47,005 nt of DNA from a virus (IMGVR_UViG_3300006918_000004:1-47005); one strand, 5' to 3'. Counted from the stretch's first letter, positions 1-8,556 are shown. A program made the numbers and translations. The notes: generated from the sequence alone by a model not told the origin.

Positions 1-35
1 TGCCGAAAGGAAACAGATAAGGAGAAGAGAGTAAA

Positions 36-320
36 ATGACAACTGTATGGGACACCTTCGGAATGGTTGTAGAGCGTATTGATGACAACCAGACGCATTT
101 GGGAATTCCTGATACGCGGGGAAACTATCATCAGACTCAGATAAGTGATGAACGCCTGGGAGAATTAAAGGAGTTAATCGAAAGACGACTGTGGGATGCA
201 GAGCAGCGGGAGCTTCTCAAAATGCAGCAGTTGAAATTTGAAAGGAGAAAAGATGAACAGCAGGAATATCCCGCAGAAATAGATGAATGCCGGGAACGCC
301 TGCCGAAAGGAGTAAGATGA
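36..320 (+). CDS. hypothetical early protein
   Basis: AGGAG RBS at 20-24, 94-aa ORF, followed by an intrinsic terminator. Confidence 0.7.
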   Translation: MTTVWDTFGMVVERIDDNQTHLGIPDTRGNYHQTQISDERLGELKELIERRLWDAEQRELLKMQQLKFERRKDEQQEYPAEIDECRERLPKGVR

Positions 321-334
321 GATCTAATCTCCTG

Positions 335-356
335 GCCCTCTTCGGAGGGCTTTTTT
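335..356 (+). terminator. Rho-independent terminator
   Basis: GCCCTC-TTCG-GAGGGC stem with a C(UUCG)G tetraloop, then T6. Confidence 0.9.
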
Positions 357-651
357 GTTGCCTCCTTACGCTAGGCTTAATTACTCAGGTGACGATTATG
401 TTCCTATGCGAATGAAAAATGTACGGATGGGTTCGGCGGGGAATGGCTCTAGCGCGTTAATCCAATAGGCCAATTTCCCCGTTCCATAGCCACTAGACAT
501 AATGACACATCGGCAATTGTCAATGCAAATTTTCCCTATTGGATTTATACTCCATAGCTCCCATTCCGCCCAGCACATTCTTTCTCCTGTAATTCCCTCA
601 GCTCTCATTCCTACCTGATTCCTACCTAGATTTGTCATGTGAAATTCCCCC

Positions 652-956
652 CTAGATTGATCCCTAGATTACTCCCTAAGTTACTCCCTAGATTGCTGTA
701 GGAACATTTTACATGGCATGTATATGCCCATATATGGCTAGGGGTATATGTGGAAGTCTCAGTTTTTTTTTTATTTTTTTTTTCTCTTCTTAATATATAT
801 AACTACTAGCTACTATATATAAGCTTGAGTAAGTACTTAATGTGTATTTTATATCTAATATAATATCTACAATAAGTATCCACCCGGACACCCCCATAAA
901 ATAAACCTACAACAATCTAGGGGGTAATCTAGGGGTTAACTTAGGGATCAATCTAG
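652..956. repeat. 51-bp inverted repeat arms built of 11-bp iterons flanking an AT-rich core; putative replication origin
   Basis: 652-702 vs reverse complement of 906-956 match at 43/51 positions by hand alignment; unit about CCCTAGATTAC; core contains T10-A-T10 (763-783). Confidence 0.75.
841..871. promoter_or_regulatory. 31-bp palindromic site, copy 1
   Basis: TGTGTATTTTATATCTAATATAATATCTACA; related copies at 6451, 17434, 38126. Confidence 0.7.
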
Positions 957-995
957 AGTCAAGGCCAATTTAGGCTACAGGAATGAAATGAGGGC

Positions 996-1025
996 TTGAC
1001 AGACTACACCGAACCGGCGCAATAT
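996..1025 (+). promoter_or_regulatory. possible sigma70 promoter
   Basis: perfect TTGACA at 996-1001, weak -10 CAATAT 18 nt later, upstream of the ORF at 1069. Confidence 0.4.
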
Positions 1026-1068
1026 TCCCGGCGTATCACCCATTATCCACTTAACAGGAGCAATTGAT

Positions 1069-1500
1069 ATGCCAAGACCAAGGAATCCTCAAGCTTACCC
1101 GATGATCTACTCGACTATGATTGAGACAGTAGCATCCACCGGGGAGATTTTTAGGCATAAGTGTAAAGATAATAAGGCTGCGCAGCACTTGAGATTTAGT
1201 CTGTATGATTATATCAAGGCGTGTAAGAAAAGTCCCAGTCCCAGGGATCAGCAAATAGCCGAGTCAGCCGCCGCACTAATGTTTACAATAGACGACAGCT
1301 ATCTCCTGATCAAGCCCCGAGACACAGAGCGTGAGGTTTTAGCTCTGGAGGAGACTTTGCGAAAGTTTAAGGAAAAGCAAGGAATCACTCCTCAGAAACC
1401 TACCCTCAGTAACCAGCCAATCAGTCACCAGACTGTTACTCCCCCGGCTGGTCCAACGCAAGATGATTTAGTGAATAGCTTTTTGAAGGATAAGAAATGA
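1069..1500 (+). CDS. hypothetical protein
   Basis: CAGGAG RBS, 143 aa, ATGA-coupled to the next gene. Confidence 0.8.
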   Translation: MPRPRNPQAYPMIYSTMIETVASTGEIFRHKCKDNKAAQHLRFSLYDYIKACKKSPSPRDQQIAESAAALMFTIDDSYLLIKPRDTEREVLALEETLRKFKEKQGITPQKPTLSNQPISHQTVTPPAGPTQDDLVNSFLKDKK

Positions 1501-1814
1501 GCCACCAAACACCAGAGGTACCAGAAACCAGATACGTTCTTCCGGATTCAATTACAGTAACTGAAAAGGTCCGGGATGGGACAGCTTCAGCTCTTGATCG
1601 CTTCGTGTTCTTTTACCAGCCTTACAATGGGCATGATCGCTGGAGACAAGATCTACAGGCAGTAGTCGATGAATTGACCCGTCTCCAGCCCAAGACTCTC
1701 GCGGAAATGCTCCGGGCAGATGACAGCATGAAGGAACAGCTCGAGGCAATCCGGGAGGAGTTTCTCCAGCTGAAGATTGATCTGCAGCAAATTATGGAGG
1801 AGTCACGGAAATGA
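1497..1814 (+). CDS. hypothetical protein (C-terminal coiled coil)
   Basis: ATGA overlaps at both ends. Confidence 0.8.
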   Translation: MSHQTPEVPETRYVLPDSITVTEKVRDGTASALDRFVFFYQPYNGHDRWRQDLQAVVDELTRLQPKTLAEMLRADDSMKEQLEAIREEFLQLKIDLQQIMEESRK

Positions 1815-2086
1815 GCCCCGAGGAAAAGTACCAGAGCCTGTACACGAAAGCTCTTGAGGTCATCACACTGAAAAACCAGACTATCTCCAGACTCCAGAAA
1901 GAAGCGGACGCACTCCGGGTAATTCGCCAGCTAATGGGTTTCGTCGAAGATGGAAGTGACAAGACTGTGAAGCTCGGGCAAGATGATGCGACTCGCTCCT
2001 TTTTTATCATAGTAGACGGAAGAACTTACGATGCAGACTCCTTCGCGGGAGTAATTGAAGCAGCTAAGAAAGGAGAAGACTTATGA
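1811..2086 (+). CDS. hypothetical protein
   Basis: GGAGG RBS, ATGA overlaps. Confidence 0.8.
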   Translation: MSPEEKYQSLYTKALEVITLKNQTISRLQKEADALRVIRQLMGFVEDGSDKTVKLGQDDATRSFFIIVDGRTYDADSFAGVIEAAKKGEDL

Positions 2087-2424
2087 GCTCCTTCTCTCTC
2101 CTCTCCCTCCTCAATCAGTCCCCGGCTCCTTTCTACCGGGAGAAAATGACCCCGCAGGAAAAGGGCCTCAAGGGTGGAGGCACACTCCGCTTGCGCAAGG
2201 AAGCCAGACAACAGGCCCAACGAGCCAGAGTGAGGGAGCTCCTCCTGAAACGACTCTTCCTCTGCCAAATTGCCAAGGAATTAGGCGTCAGCCCGACGAC
2301 AATTAAAGGCGACATCGACGATGATCCCGAGTTGAAGAAGCTAGCCTCCCTCTATGTAAAGAATGGTGGCTGGCGCGGAGGCCCGAAGAAAAGAAACAAG
2401 AAACCAGTAACCAGTAAGGAGTAA
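2083..2424 (+). CDS. basic helix-turn-helix DNA-binding protein
   Basis: HTH-like LCQIAKELGVSPTTIKGDI, Lys/Arg-rich. Confidence 0.65.
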   Translation: MSSFSLLSLLNQSPAPFYREKMTPQEKGLKGGGTLRLRKEARQQAQRARVRELLLKRLFLCQIAKELGVSPTTIKGDIDDDPELKKLASLYVKNGGWRGGPKKRNKKPVTSKE

Positions 2425-2428
2425 GAAG

Positions 2429-2638
2429 ATGAGAGTAACTGTAGAAGACATAAGTAGCCAAGGGGATTTGTATTGTAAGACGGACGATGGACTTATCCTT
2501 ACAGTAGATCCCTATGTAACTGGAGCTATTCCCCACGAGATCACTAAAGAAAGCCTAGTCGGAAAGACTTTTGAAATGGAAGATAATCCACTTCCGTACT
2601 TAGTTCTTCCAAAAAAATTTACTGAAGTCGAGGAGTAA
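2429..2638 (+). CDS. hypothetical protein
   Basis: AAGGAG RBS, 69 aa. Confidence 0.7.
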   Translation: MRVTVEDISSQGDLYCKTDDGLILTVDPYVTGAIPHEITKESLVGKTFEMEDNPLPYLVLPKKFTEVEE

Positions 2639-2643
2639 CAAAG

Positions 2644-2823
2644 ATGGAAATAAAATTAGCAGTAATAGTCTCGGACTATGGTGCAGCTGCGAATGTCGGA
2701 GGCGGAGTACAGACAACTGTTCGGACATTCCCGCTGGATAATGAAGCTGCCGGGTATATTCTAGCAAATATGCAGCAGTGGCAGAATGTCACGCTGGCTA
2801 TACAAGAGGAGCATACGAAGTGA
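2644..2823 (+). CDS. small hypothetical protein (59 aa, not in ORF track)
   Basis: GAGGAG RBS; MEIKLAVIVSDYG...EEHTK*; GTGA overlap with the next gene. Confidence 0.7.
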   Translation: MEIKLAVIVSDYGAAANVGGGVQTTVRTFPLDNEAAGYILANMQQWQNVTLAIQEEHTK

Positions 2824-3212
2824 CTGAGCGCGAACTATTCGAGCAGTGGGTAAGCTCTAACCATCCCGAGCTAGATCTGGACTGGAACGAGAATAAGCAC
2901 ACTTACTATGGCATAACTCTCCATCTAATGTTCCAGGCGTGGCTTCAGGCCTCCAGCAATAGCTATCAGCCTCCTACAAGAAATCGCAGAAAGCAGAAGC
3001 CATTCTCCCCGGCAGTCAAGGAGCGCATCGCAGCCCGCAATAAGCAGCGAAAGGAGGAACGCTGGAGTCCTCACCTCGAGACTATCCGGGCGGGCATTTT
3101 GGCTGGAGCAACCCTCCGGGAGATCTCCGAGAGGACTCCCTTCAAGCATAATGCTCTCCGGCACTTCATTCTCCAACACGAGGAGTTGAGCAAGCTCTAC
3201 ACAGGCAATTAG
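2820..3212 (+). CDS. hypothetical protein with possible C-terminal HTH
   Basis: GTG start after GAGGAG; GATLREISERTPFKHNALRHFI resembles an HTH. Confidence 0.65.
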   Translation: MTERELFEQWVSSNHPELDLDWNENKHTYYGITLHLMFQAWLQASSNSYQPPTRNRRKQKPFSPAVKERIAARNKQRKEERWSPHLETIRAGILAGATLREISERTPFKHNALRHFILQHEELSKLYTGN

Positions 3213-3300
3213 ACACAAGTAAATCAGATCAACGTCTGGTAGGCTCAGTCGGCTAAGACTGAGCCTCAGGAAATTTCTAGAGAAAGGAGAAGGAGCAACA

Positions 3301-3477
3301 ATGGGTACTTGGGTGCTTATTATAGTAACTTTCACGGCGAACTCGCAGCCGAATCCTCACGCTCACACGCAGGAGTTCAGTTCGAAACTTACCTGCGAAC
3401 TGGCGAAGGACCGGCTGGACGAGTTCAAAACAGATAATTCATATGTGCGGGTGAAGTCCACCTGCGTAGCAAAATAG
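3301..3477 (+). CDS. small protein with hydrophobic N-terminus and two Cys (58 aa, not in ORF track)
   Basis: AAGGAG RBS; MGTWVLIIVTF...EFSSKLTCELAK...CVAK*. Confidence 0.7.
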   Translation: MGTWVLIIVTFTANSQPNPHAHTQEFSSKLTCELAKDRLDEFKTDNSYVRVKSTCVAK

Positions 3478-3490
3478 GGAGATACTACAA

Positions 3491-3754
3491 ATGAAGTTCG
3501 AAGAAATATTGCTGGAGCCAATAGATGCTAATCACTCCCGCTGTCCATTCGGAGGAGCTGCACTTCTCCGCTCCACGTTGATAGTCTATGGAAAAGACCT
3601 TCCCGGAGAAAGAGTTACAGTCGTTCAATTCTCTCCAGTTTGGCAGTATTCGGATACTGAGTCCTACCAGGAGTTTATACGCAGAGACCTCCGGCGCACT
3701 TTTATGAAGGAGCTAGAGAAACATATCTTCCACGAGAAAAATAAGGAGCAGTAA
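3491..3754 (+). CDS. hypothetical protein
   Basis: GGGAG RBS, tight packing. Confidence 0.7.
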   Translation: MKFEEILLEPIDANHSRCPFGGAALLRSTLIVYGKDLPGERVTVVQFSPVWQYSDTESYQEFIRRDLRRTFMKELEKHIFHEKNKEQ

Positions 3755-3755
3755 T

Positions 3756-3974
3756 ATGGAAACAGTAACAGTTAACGCAGCAGCCTTGAGACAGTTGCTT
3801 GAGGCAGTAATGGGTCCGGCTCATTTAATAAGGGAGCTACGAGTAATTCAAGAGTTGCATCAGAAGAAACTATCCCCTCCAGACCCGATAACTATTCTGG
3901 TCGAGGAATATAATGCAGCCGCAGAAGCTCACAACGCACTTAATAAAGCGAGGCAAACAGATGAAAATAGCTAA
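3756..3974 (+). CDS. hypothetical protein
   Basis: AAGGAG RBS. Confidence 0.7.
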   Translation: METVTVNAAALRQLLEAVMGPAHLIRELRVIQELHQKKLSPPDPITILVEEYNAAAEAHNALNKARQTDENS

Positions 3975-4788
3975 AGGCGATACCGTCTATCTTGGGGACG
4001 GAACAAAGTGTGAGTACGGCTCTCCAGTCATAGGCGGCGGGCACTTAGTCTACATTCTCTCCCGTCTACATGACTCTGCGGAGGAGGACATATTCACTGT
4101 CCCACAGATAGTTCAAGAGGTCTACCCCGAGCCTCCTATTTCCATCAAGGTGGAAAGAGTAAAGGAGTTAGACGAACAGATATCAGATAAGGTCACTCGT
4201 CTAATTCGTGTCCAGGAGGAAATCCGAGAGGCAGAGCTAAAGCGCATGGAACTAGCTAAGAGAGTTCACCGCGTGGACGCAATTCAGCACGTTGTAGACT
4301 TCCTCGAGGGAAGGATCAAGTACCTCGTCTTAGCCTACGGGAGCGAGTACAACATCAAGCCTTTTAATGAAGCTATGGAGATAATGGACAGGTACCGGAA
4401 CGGAAACGGCTTGCGACTTCTCTCCCTCTACGGTAATATTAAAAGTGAGCTCTCGTGGGGACTGAACGCATATTACGATGGCTCAGGAATCGAGACTCTT
4501 ATCTGGCCATTTCATACCCTCGAAGCAGCCCGAGACTTCATTCAGCAGAAAGTAGAATCCGACGCGGACAAAGCCTTAAAGCAGCTCCACCTTCATCGCT
4601 TGATCCAATTCGAGCAAACCTATTACAAACTCAACAAGGACTACGGCTTCGACTTGAAGCTTCCCGAGGCAGCAGCTGCAGCTATCCGCAAGCAAAAGGA
4701 ACTCAACCTCAAGGAGGAAATAAACAAGACTCAGGATAAACTCAAGACTCTCAAAAATGACCTGTCATCCCTGGAGCCTCCCGAATGA
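3961..4788 (+). CDS. hypothetical coiled-coil phage protein
   Basis: ATG at 3961 after GAGG; 275 aa with coiled-coil segments. Confidence 0.75.
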   Translation: MKIAKGDTVYLGDGTKCEYGSPVIGGGHLVYILSRLHDSAEEDIFTVPQIVQEVYPEPPISIKVERVKELDEQISDKVTRLIRVQEEIREAELKRMELAKRVHRVDAIQHVVDFLEGRIKYLVLAYGSEYNIKPFNEAMEIMDRYRNGNGLRLLSLYGNIKSELSWGLNAYYDGSGIETLIWPFHTLEAARDFIQQKVESDADKALKQLHLHRLIQFEQTYYKLNKDYGFDLKLPEAAAAAIRKQKELNLKEEINKTQDKLKTLKNDLSSLEPPE

Positions 4789-4964
4789 TCTTCTTCGGCT
4801 ACGGGATAGTCACCGCAACTGATCTCCGTGATAGTGATCTCGTATTCAAGAGCCGGGAGGAGGCCGAAGCTTACCTCGCCCGGCGAGATACCTATTTCTT
4901 CAAATTTAACTCTCACGTGGTGGAGCTCTACTTCACCCCGCCGGAGCCATCCGAAAAACTCTAG
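4785..4964 (+). CDS. small hypothetical protein (59 aa, not in ORF track)
   Basis: ATGA overlap; MIFFGYGIVT...VFKSREEAEAY... Confidence 0.6.
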   Translation: MIFFGYGIVTATDLRDSDLVFKSREEAEAYLARRDTYFFKFNSHVVELYFTPPEPSEKL

Positions 4965-5030
4965 TTGCCAGAGGCCAGTCCTTCCTCATAATGTGAAATT
5001 CCAATTTAACAATAACAGGAGACATTCCAC

Positions 5031-5216
5031 ATGCTTATCGAGACTCAATACTTCCTCAAGCGCAAGCGCGAGCTCCGCTTCTCCCAGACCGAAGAACTAG
5101 AAGCTCTCCGGGCGAAGTATCTCGCGGATTGCGAAGCAGTTCGGCGCAAGTATGATTCCCAATACTCTTTGCTGAAGGCACTGGCTTCCCCGGCGACAGT
5201 TCAAGGACCGCAATAG
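5031..5216 (+). CDS. hypothetical protein
   Basis: CAGGAG RBS, 61 aa. Confidence 0.65.
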   Translation: MLIETQYFLKRKRELRFSQTEELEALRAKYLADCEAVRRKYDSQYSLLKALASPATVQGPQ

Positions 5217-5285
5217 GCCTGTTTCCTCGGGCTGATTCACCCCATGCTATCCACCCCCATAGGCCATAGTAAGAAAAAATAATTG

Positions 5286-5314
5286 TTGACAGAGGAAGCA
5301 CTAGCTCATATCAT
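5286..5314 (+). promoter_or_regulatory. strong sigma70-type promoter
   Basis: TTGACA-N17-TATCAT with an upstream A-tract (UP-like). Confidence 0.85.
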
Positions 5315-5394
5315 ACAATTTGCAACACGGCATTAGGGACGGATAACCCCTGAGACAAATTACCAGTCTTTCACTTTTTATAGGAGTAGTAAAA

Positions 5395-5949
5395 ATGGCA
5401 CGTAACAAAACTGACGCAAACGGCGAGAACATTCCGGCAGACGAAGTAGCAGCAGAAAAGAAGGCTCCCTTCTGCAATGTATCCAGCGGACAAGATGGCA
5501 CTATTTACTTTACCTTTGCAAACGGCTCGGAACTGAAAGTTAATCCCTCCGAGCTCCCCGAAGAGCAACAAGACAACTTGACCCGTCATGGCCTGGTGCA
5601 GAAAGTGCGCGACTCCTTTGCAAGTGCGAAGGGCAACTTCGAATTTGCCGAAGCAGCGGCGTCGAAGGTAATCAAGCAGCTGCAAGACAATCAGTGGACT
5701 GCTTCCCGCGGCTCGGGCGAGAGCAAGCCTCATATTGGGGAGCTGGTTCAGGCTCTCGCCTCCCTCAAGAACCTCCCAATCGAGGTCGTGCAGGCAGCTG
5801 TCGAGAAAGCCTCCGACGAGAAGCGCAAGGCATGGCGTAACGCTGCGCAGGTCAAGGCGAAGATCGCCGAGATCCGTGCCGAAGCAGCCCGGAAGCGCGC
5901 TGAGACCGCGAAGGCTGAGGAAATCGACCTGGACTTCGAAACCGCGTAA
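5395..5949 (+). CDS. conserved hypothetical protein, paralog of 46115..46651
   Basis: own promoter, TAGGAG RBS, own terminator; collinear similarity to the 46115 protein. Confidence 0.9.
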   Translation: MARNKTDANGENIPADEVAAEKKAPFCNVSSGQDGTIYFTFANGSELKVNPSELPEEQQDNLTRHGLVQKVRDSFASAKGNFEFAEAAASKVIKQLQDNQWTASRGSGESKPHIGELVQALASLKNLPIEVVQAAVEKASDEKRKAWRNAAQVKAKIAEIRAEAARKRAETAKAEEIDLDFETA

Positions 5950-5968
5950 TTTCCTTCCACCTACAAGA

Positions 5969-6003
5969 GAGCCAGAGCCTAAAAACTCTGGCTTTTCTTC
6001 TTT
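5969..6003 (+). terminator. intrinsic terminator
   Basis: AGCCAGAG-cctaaaaa-CTCTGGCT then T-rich tail. Confidence 0.8.
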
Positions 6004-6074
6004 CCGGTGAGCTCTCTTCCTACAACCTATAACGCTCATTCACTCTTCTACCTCAAATCAACTGGAGACAAAAC

Positions 6075-6287
6075 ATGGCCGCAGATAAACAAGATGTAAG
6101 CCTTTCCCTAGAAATCCACAACGCGGATGGCACTCCTTTCGCTACGCAGACAACTACCTACTACGGAGTTGCCCGGGACGCTGTCCATTTGATCGAGGAT
6201 GAAATCCTCAAGATGCAGGGAAATCTCCTGACTGTCGCAAAGGACATGGCCGAGAAAAAGAAGCAAGAAACAGTGCCTGCCGTCTAG
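6075..6287 (+). CDS. small acidic hypothetical protein
   Basis: GGAG RBS, bracketed by two terminators. Confidence 0.75.
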   Translation: MAADKQDVSLSLEIHNADGTPFATQTTTYYGVARDAVHLIEDEILKMQGNLLTVAKDMAEKKKQETVPAV

Positions 6288-6303
6288 CACCTAGCCCCAA
6301 CCG

Positions 6304-6340
6304 AAAGAGCCAGTTCCTAAAAGCGACTGGCTTTTTCTTC
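6304..6340 (+). terminator. intrinsic terminator
   Basis: AGCCAGT...ACTGGCT then T-rich tail; same stem and loop core as 5969. Confidence 0.8.
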
Positions 6341-6414
6341 GTCCAGAGGAAAGTTGCAGCAGACTATGCCCAATTTCCCTCAAAAATTACCTTCCACAGT
6401 CCCGAAAATTCCGC

Positions 6415-6443
6415 TTGTGAGTGTCAATGGAAGCGTATATGAT
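6415..6443 (+). promoter_or_regulatory. sigma70-type promoter
   Basis: TTGTGA-N17-TATGAT. Confidence 0.6.
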
Positions 6444-6450
6444 GGGTTTT

Positions 6451-6481
6451 TGTGGACATTATATCGGATTTAAACCCCACA
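6451..6481. promoter_or_regulatory. 31-bp palindromic site, copy 2 (at the predicted transcription start)
   Basis: TGTGGACATTATATCGGATTTAAACCCCACA. Confidence 0.7.
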
Positions 6482-6537
6482 AAAAGACCCTAAAAGTAGC
6501 GTTGTTCCACAGATTGATTTTTACAGGAGGTAGTATA

Positions 6538-6813
6538 ATGGATAATGAAGGTAAAAAAAGGATAGAACAGGAGCTTCCCGTTCACATGGTTGAATCACTG
6601 GAGCGTTATGTGCAGCATCATATCGCACCGGGCAGTTTTCTTGAAGCAGTTATCTGCAATGACCTCAGAAACGCATTAACTAAGGCTGACCCAATCAATA
6701 GAAAATTACTTGTCTACTATGTATGGTGGTTAGAAAATGCTGCTCCCGCAGAATCTTATGGAAGCCTCAAGGCCTATCACCAGTGGCTCGAAAAAAGGAA
6801 ACTGGCCAAATGA
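6538..6813 (+). CDS. hypothetical protein
   Basis: CAGGAGG RBS before ATG 6538; PGSFLEAVICNDL motif. Confidence 0.75.
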   Translation: MDNEGKKRIEQELPVHMVESLERYVQHHIAPGSFLEAVICNDLRNALTKADPINRKLLVYYVWWLENAAPAESYGSLKAYHQWLEKRKLAK

Positions 6814-7163
6814 AAAGTACACTTACCCTTCTCCTCTTTCTCTCCGCCTGCTCCCTACCAATGGCAGATGCCCGAGACAGCGAGCAACTTGAACAAGACT
6901 TCGACCAGCGCGTTACACAAGTCTATCACCAGCATCTGGCGCAAGCTCTGCCCACTCCCGAAGAGACCTATGAAATGAATCAGCGGGCTATTAACAGCCG
7001 CAATCAGGCCTACAAGGAGTATCTCCGGCAGACTGCCCCCCGCGAACCTCAGTACATTTGGTCTCCTCGGGGTGAGCTGAAAGGCTGGCAACAGCCCGAC
7101 GATCAGGGCAATATTCAACAGTACGACCTCGATGGAACTTGGAACGGAACGATCTATGAATAA
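6810..7163 (+). CDS. putative lipoprotein
   Basis: MKSTLTLLLFLSAC signal peptide with LSAC lipobox; ATGA overlap. Confidence 0.7.
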   Translation: MKSTLTLLLFLSACSLPMADARDSEQLEQDFDQRVTQVYHQHLAQALPTPEETYEMNQRAINSRNQAYKEYLRQTAPREPQYIWSPRGELKGWQQPDDQGNIQQYDLDGTWNGTIYE

Positions 7164-7290
7164 GTTATATTACTTCCTGTACCATAAGGAAATGATTCGC
7201 ATTGGCGAGAATCTTCACGTTGGACACTTCGTTTTGGGTAAGCTATTCCAAATCGGAGAACTTCTTTGCAGACTTGATTACAGAGGATAA
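7156..7290 (+). CDS. small hypothetical protein (44 aa, not in ORF track)
   Basis: fills the gap between neighbours; MNKLYYFLYHKE... Confidence 0.45.
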   Translation: MNKLYYFLYHKEMIRIGENLHVGHFVLGKLFQIGELLCRLDYRG

Positions 7291-7295
7291 TTAAA

Positions 7296-7517
7296 ATGAG
7301 CAAACAGCAATCCTTCCCGACACCTGTATGCACCTGCTGCGATCGCATCGCAAGGGACATTCCCGGAGTCAAAACGGCAGCTCATTTCATGAACCTTACC
7401 CCGGAGGACTTTGTCAGGCACCACGACAATTCCTACGACGAGAAGACTGGCGACTTCATCTGTGACGGATGCTTTGCCCTCCAGATTCGGGATGTAGCCC
7501 TTACACCTTACGCCTAA
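7296..7517 (+). CDS. small Cys-rich (Zn-binding) protein
   Basis: CTCC...CDGC. Confidence 0.7.
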   Translation: MSKQQSFPTPVCTCCDRIARDIPGVKTAAHFMNLTPEDFVRHHDNSYDEKTGDFICDGCFALQIRDVALTPYA

Positions 7518-7746
7518 GGTCCCACGGCGAGCTAGTTCCCACGAGCTAGCTCCTCGGGCGATCTTGCCCAACACAAGAGGAAAGAAAAAATGGCACAGTG
7601 GTCAGAAATTTGGAAGGAGAAAAAGAATCCCTTCGCTCGGAGAATTGCATTATATAATGCTTCGCATATTCCGCCTGCTCCAGCCAAGCCGAAAACTGGC
7701 GGAAAGTATCCTCATCTTCAACCTGCTCCCGAAAGGACGTAGCCCC

Positions 7747-8271
7747 ATGTCAATCTACTATAGCCAGCCCAAGAAACCAGTCCAGTCTCCCGAGGAAAAG
7801 GAGCGTCTGCGTAAGGCAGCTGAAGCTCTCTTCATGGAGATAGACGAAGAGTTCGGTAAGAAGAAAAAGCCAGCCATTAGTGGATTGGCTGTGCGTACAC
7901 CGAAGGCGAAGAGCCTTTCTCCGGGAGTAGTCCAAGTCTCCGAGGGGCAGGAGGCGAATCGCATATCTATGCTGATGGGCGAGACCTCCCCCTGGAGGCC
8001 TACCGCGCGGGTAGCTCATCTCGTAGTCCAGATCTGCAAGTGCTGCAAGGGAGAGCAAGAGTTTCTCGGGAATGTCCTGATCCGGCACACGCACAAGCTC
8101 CGGGGCCATACCTGGGACTGTTCCATCCCGGTAGATGCCTCGCACTCCCTTCTTCCGCAAGTCGTTAACACGACTACTACCTACGTCGAAGAGTGCCCCG
8201 CGTGTATTCGCTTCGATATGCATATGCAGCCGGTGGACATCGACAACTTTCAACTTTCACTTTTCTCCTAG
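7747..8271 (+). CDS. hypothetical protein with Zn-ribbon-like Cys pairs
   Basis: AAGGA RBS before ATG 7747; CKCC and CPAC. Confidence 0.7.
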   Translation: MSIYYSQPKKPVQSPEEKERLRKAAEALFMEIDEEFGKKKKPAISGLAVRTPKAKSLSPGVVQVSEGQEANRISMLMGETSPWRPTARVAHLVVQICKCCKGEQEFLGNVLIRHTHKLRGHTWDCSIPVDASHSLLPQVVNTTTTYVEECPACIRFDMHMQPVDIDNFQLSLFS

Positions 8272-8279
8272 GAGACTAC

Positions 8280-8504
8280 ATGGCACGAACTGGCCGCCCG
8301 AAAGCACTACACCCGAAGAAGAAAACAACCTTCTATCTGGACGAAAAGATAGTCAAGGCTCTCGAGGTAATTGACTATGACCCCTTTCTTGAGCGCAGAA
8401 CTTACGGCAACAGGAACCATTATGTAGAGGAAGCTATCCGGGAATATCTGGAGAAGAACTTTCCCGAGATCGTAAATAAGTTCTTACAGGAGGAAGATAA
8501 GTGA
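8280..8504 (+). CDS. ribbon-helix-helix (Arc/CopG-like) DNA-binding protein
   Basis: GRPK N-terminus, KTTFYLD beta-ribbon, VEEAIREYL helix; TAGGAG RBS. Confidence 0.65.
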   Translation: MARTGRPKALHPKKKTTFYLDEKIVKALEVIDYDPFLERRTYGNRNHYVEEAIREYLEKNFPEIVNKFLQEEDK

Positions 8505-8527
8505 TAGGAGCCTGCGATTTTCGGGGC

Positions 8528-8556
8528 TTGCGAGAGGCCGATTAAGCTGATACAAT
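8528..8556 (+). promoter_or_regulatory. sigma70-type promoter (extended -10) for the recombination/replication genes
   Basis: TTGCGA-N17-TACAAT with TGn extension. Confidence 0.8.

Noticed and set aside
396-638. 80-aa minus-strand ORF
   Set aside because: Opposes the local gene direction, starts within the origin repeats, no motif; cannot be supported.
652-956. CRISPR or mini-array
   Set aside because: Units are contiguous 11-mers with no spacers.
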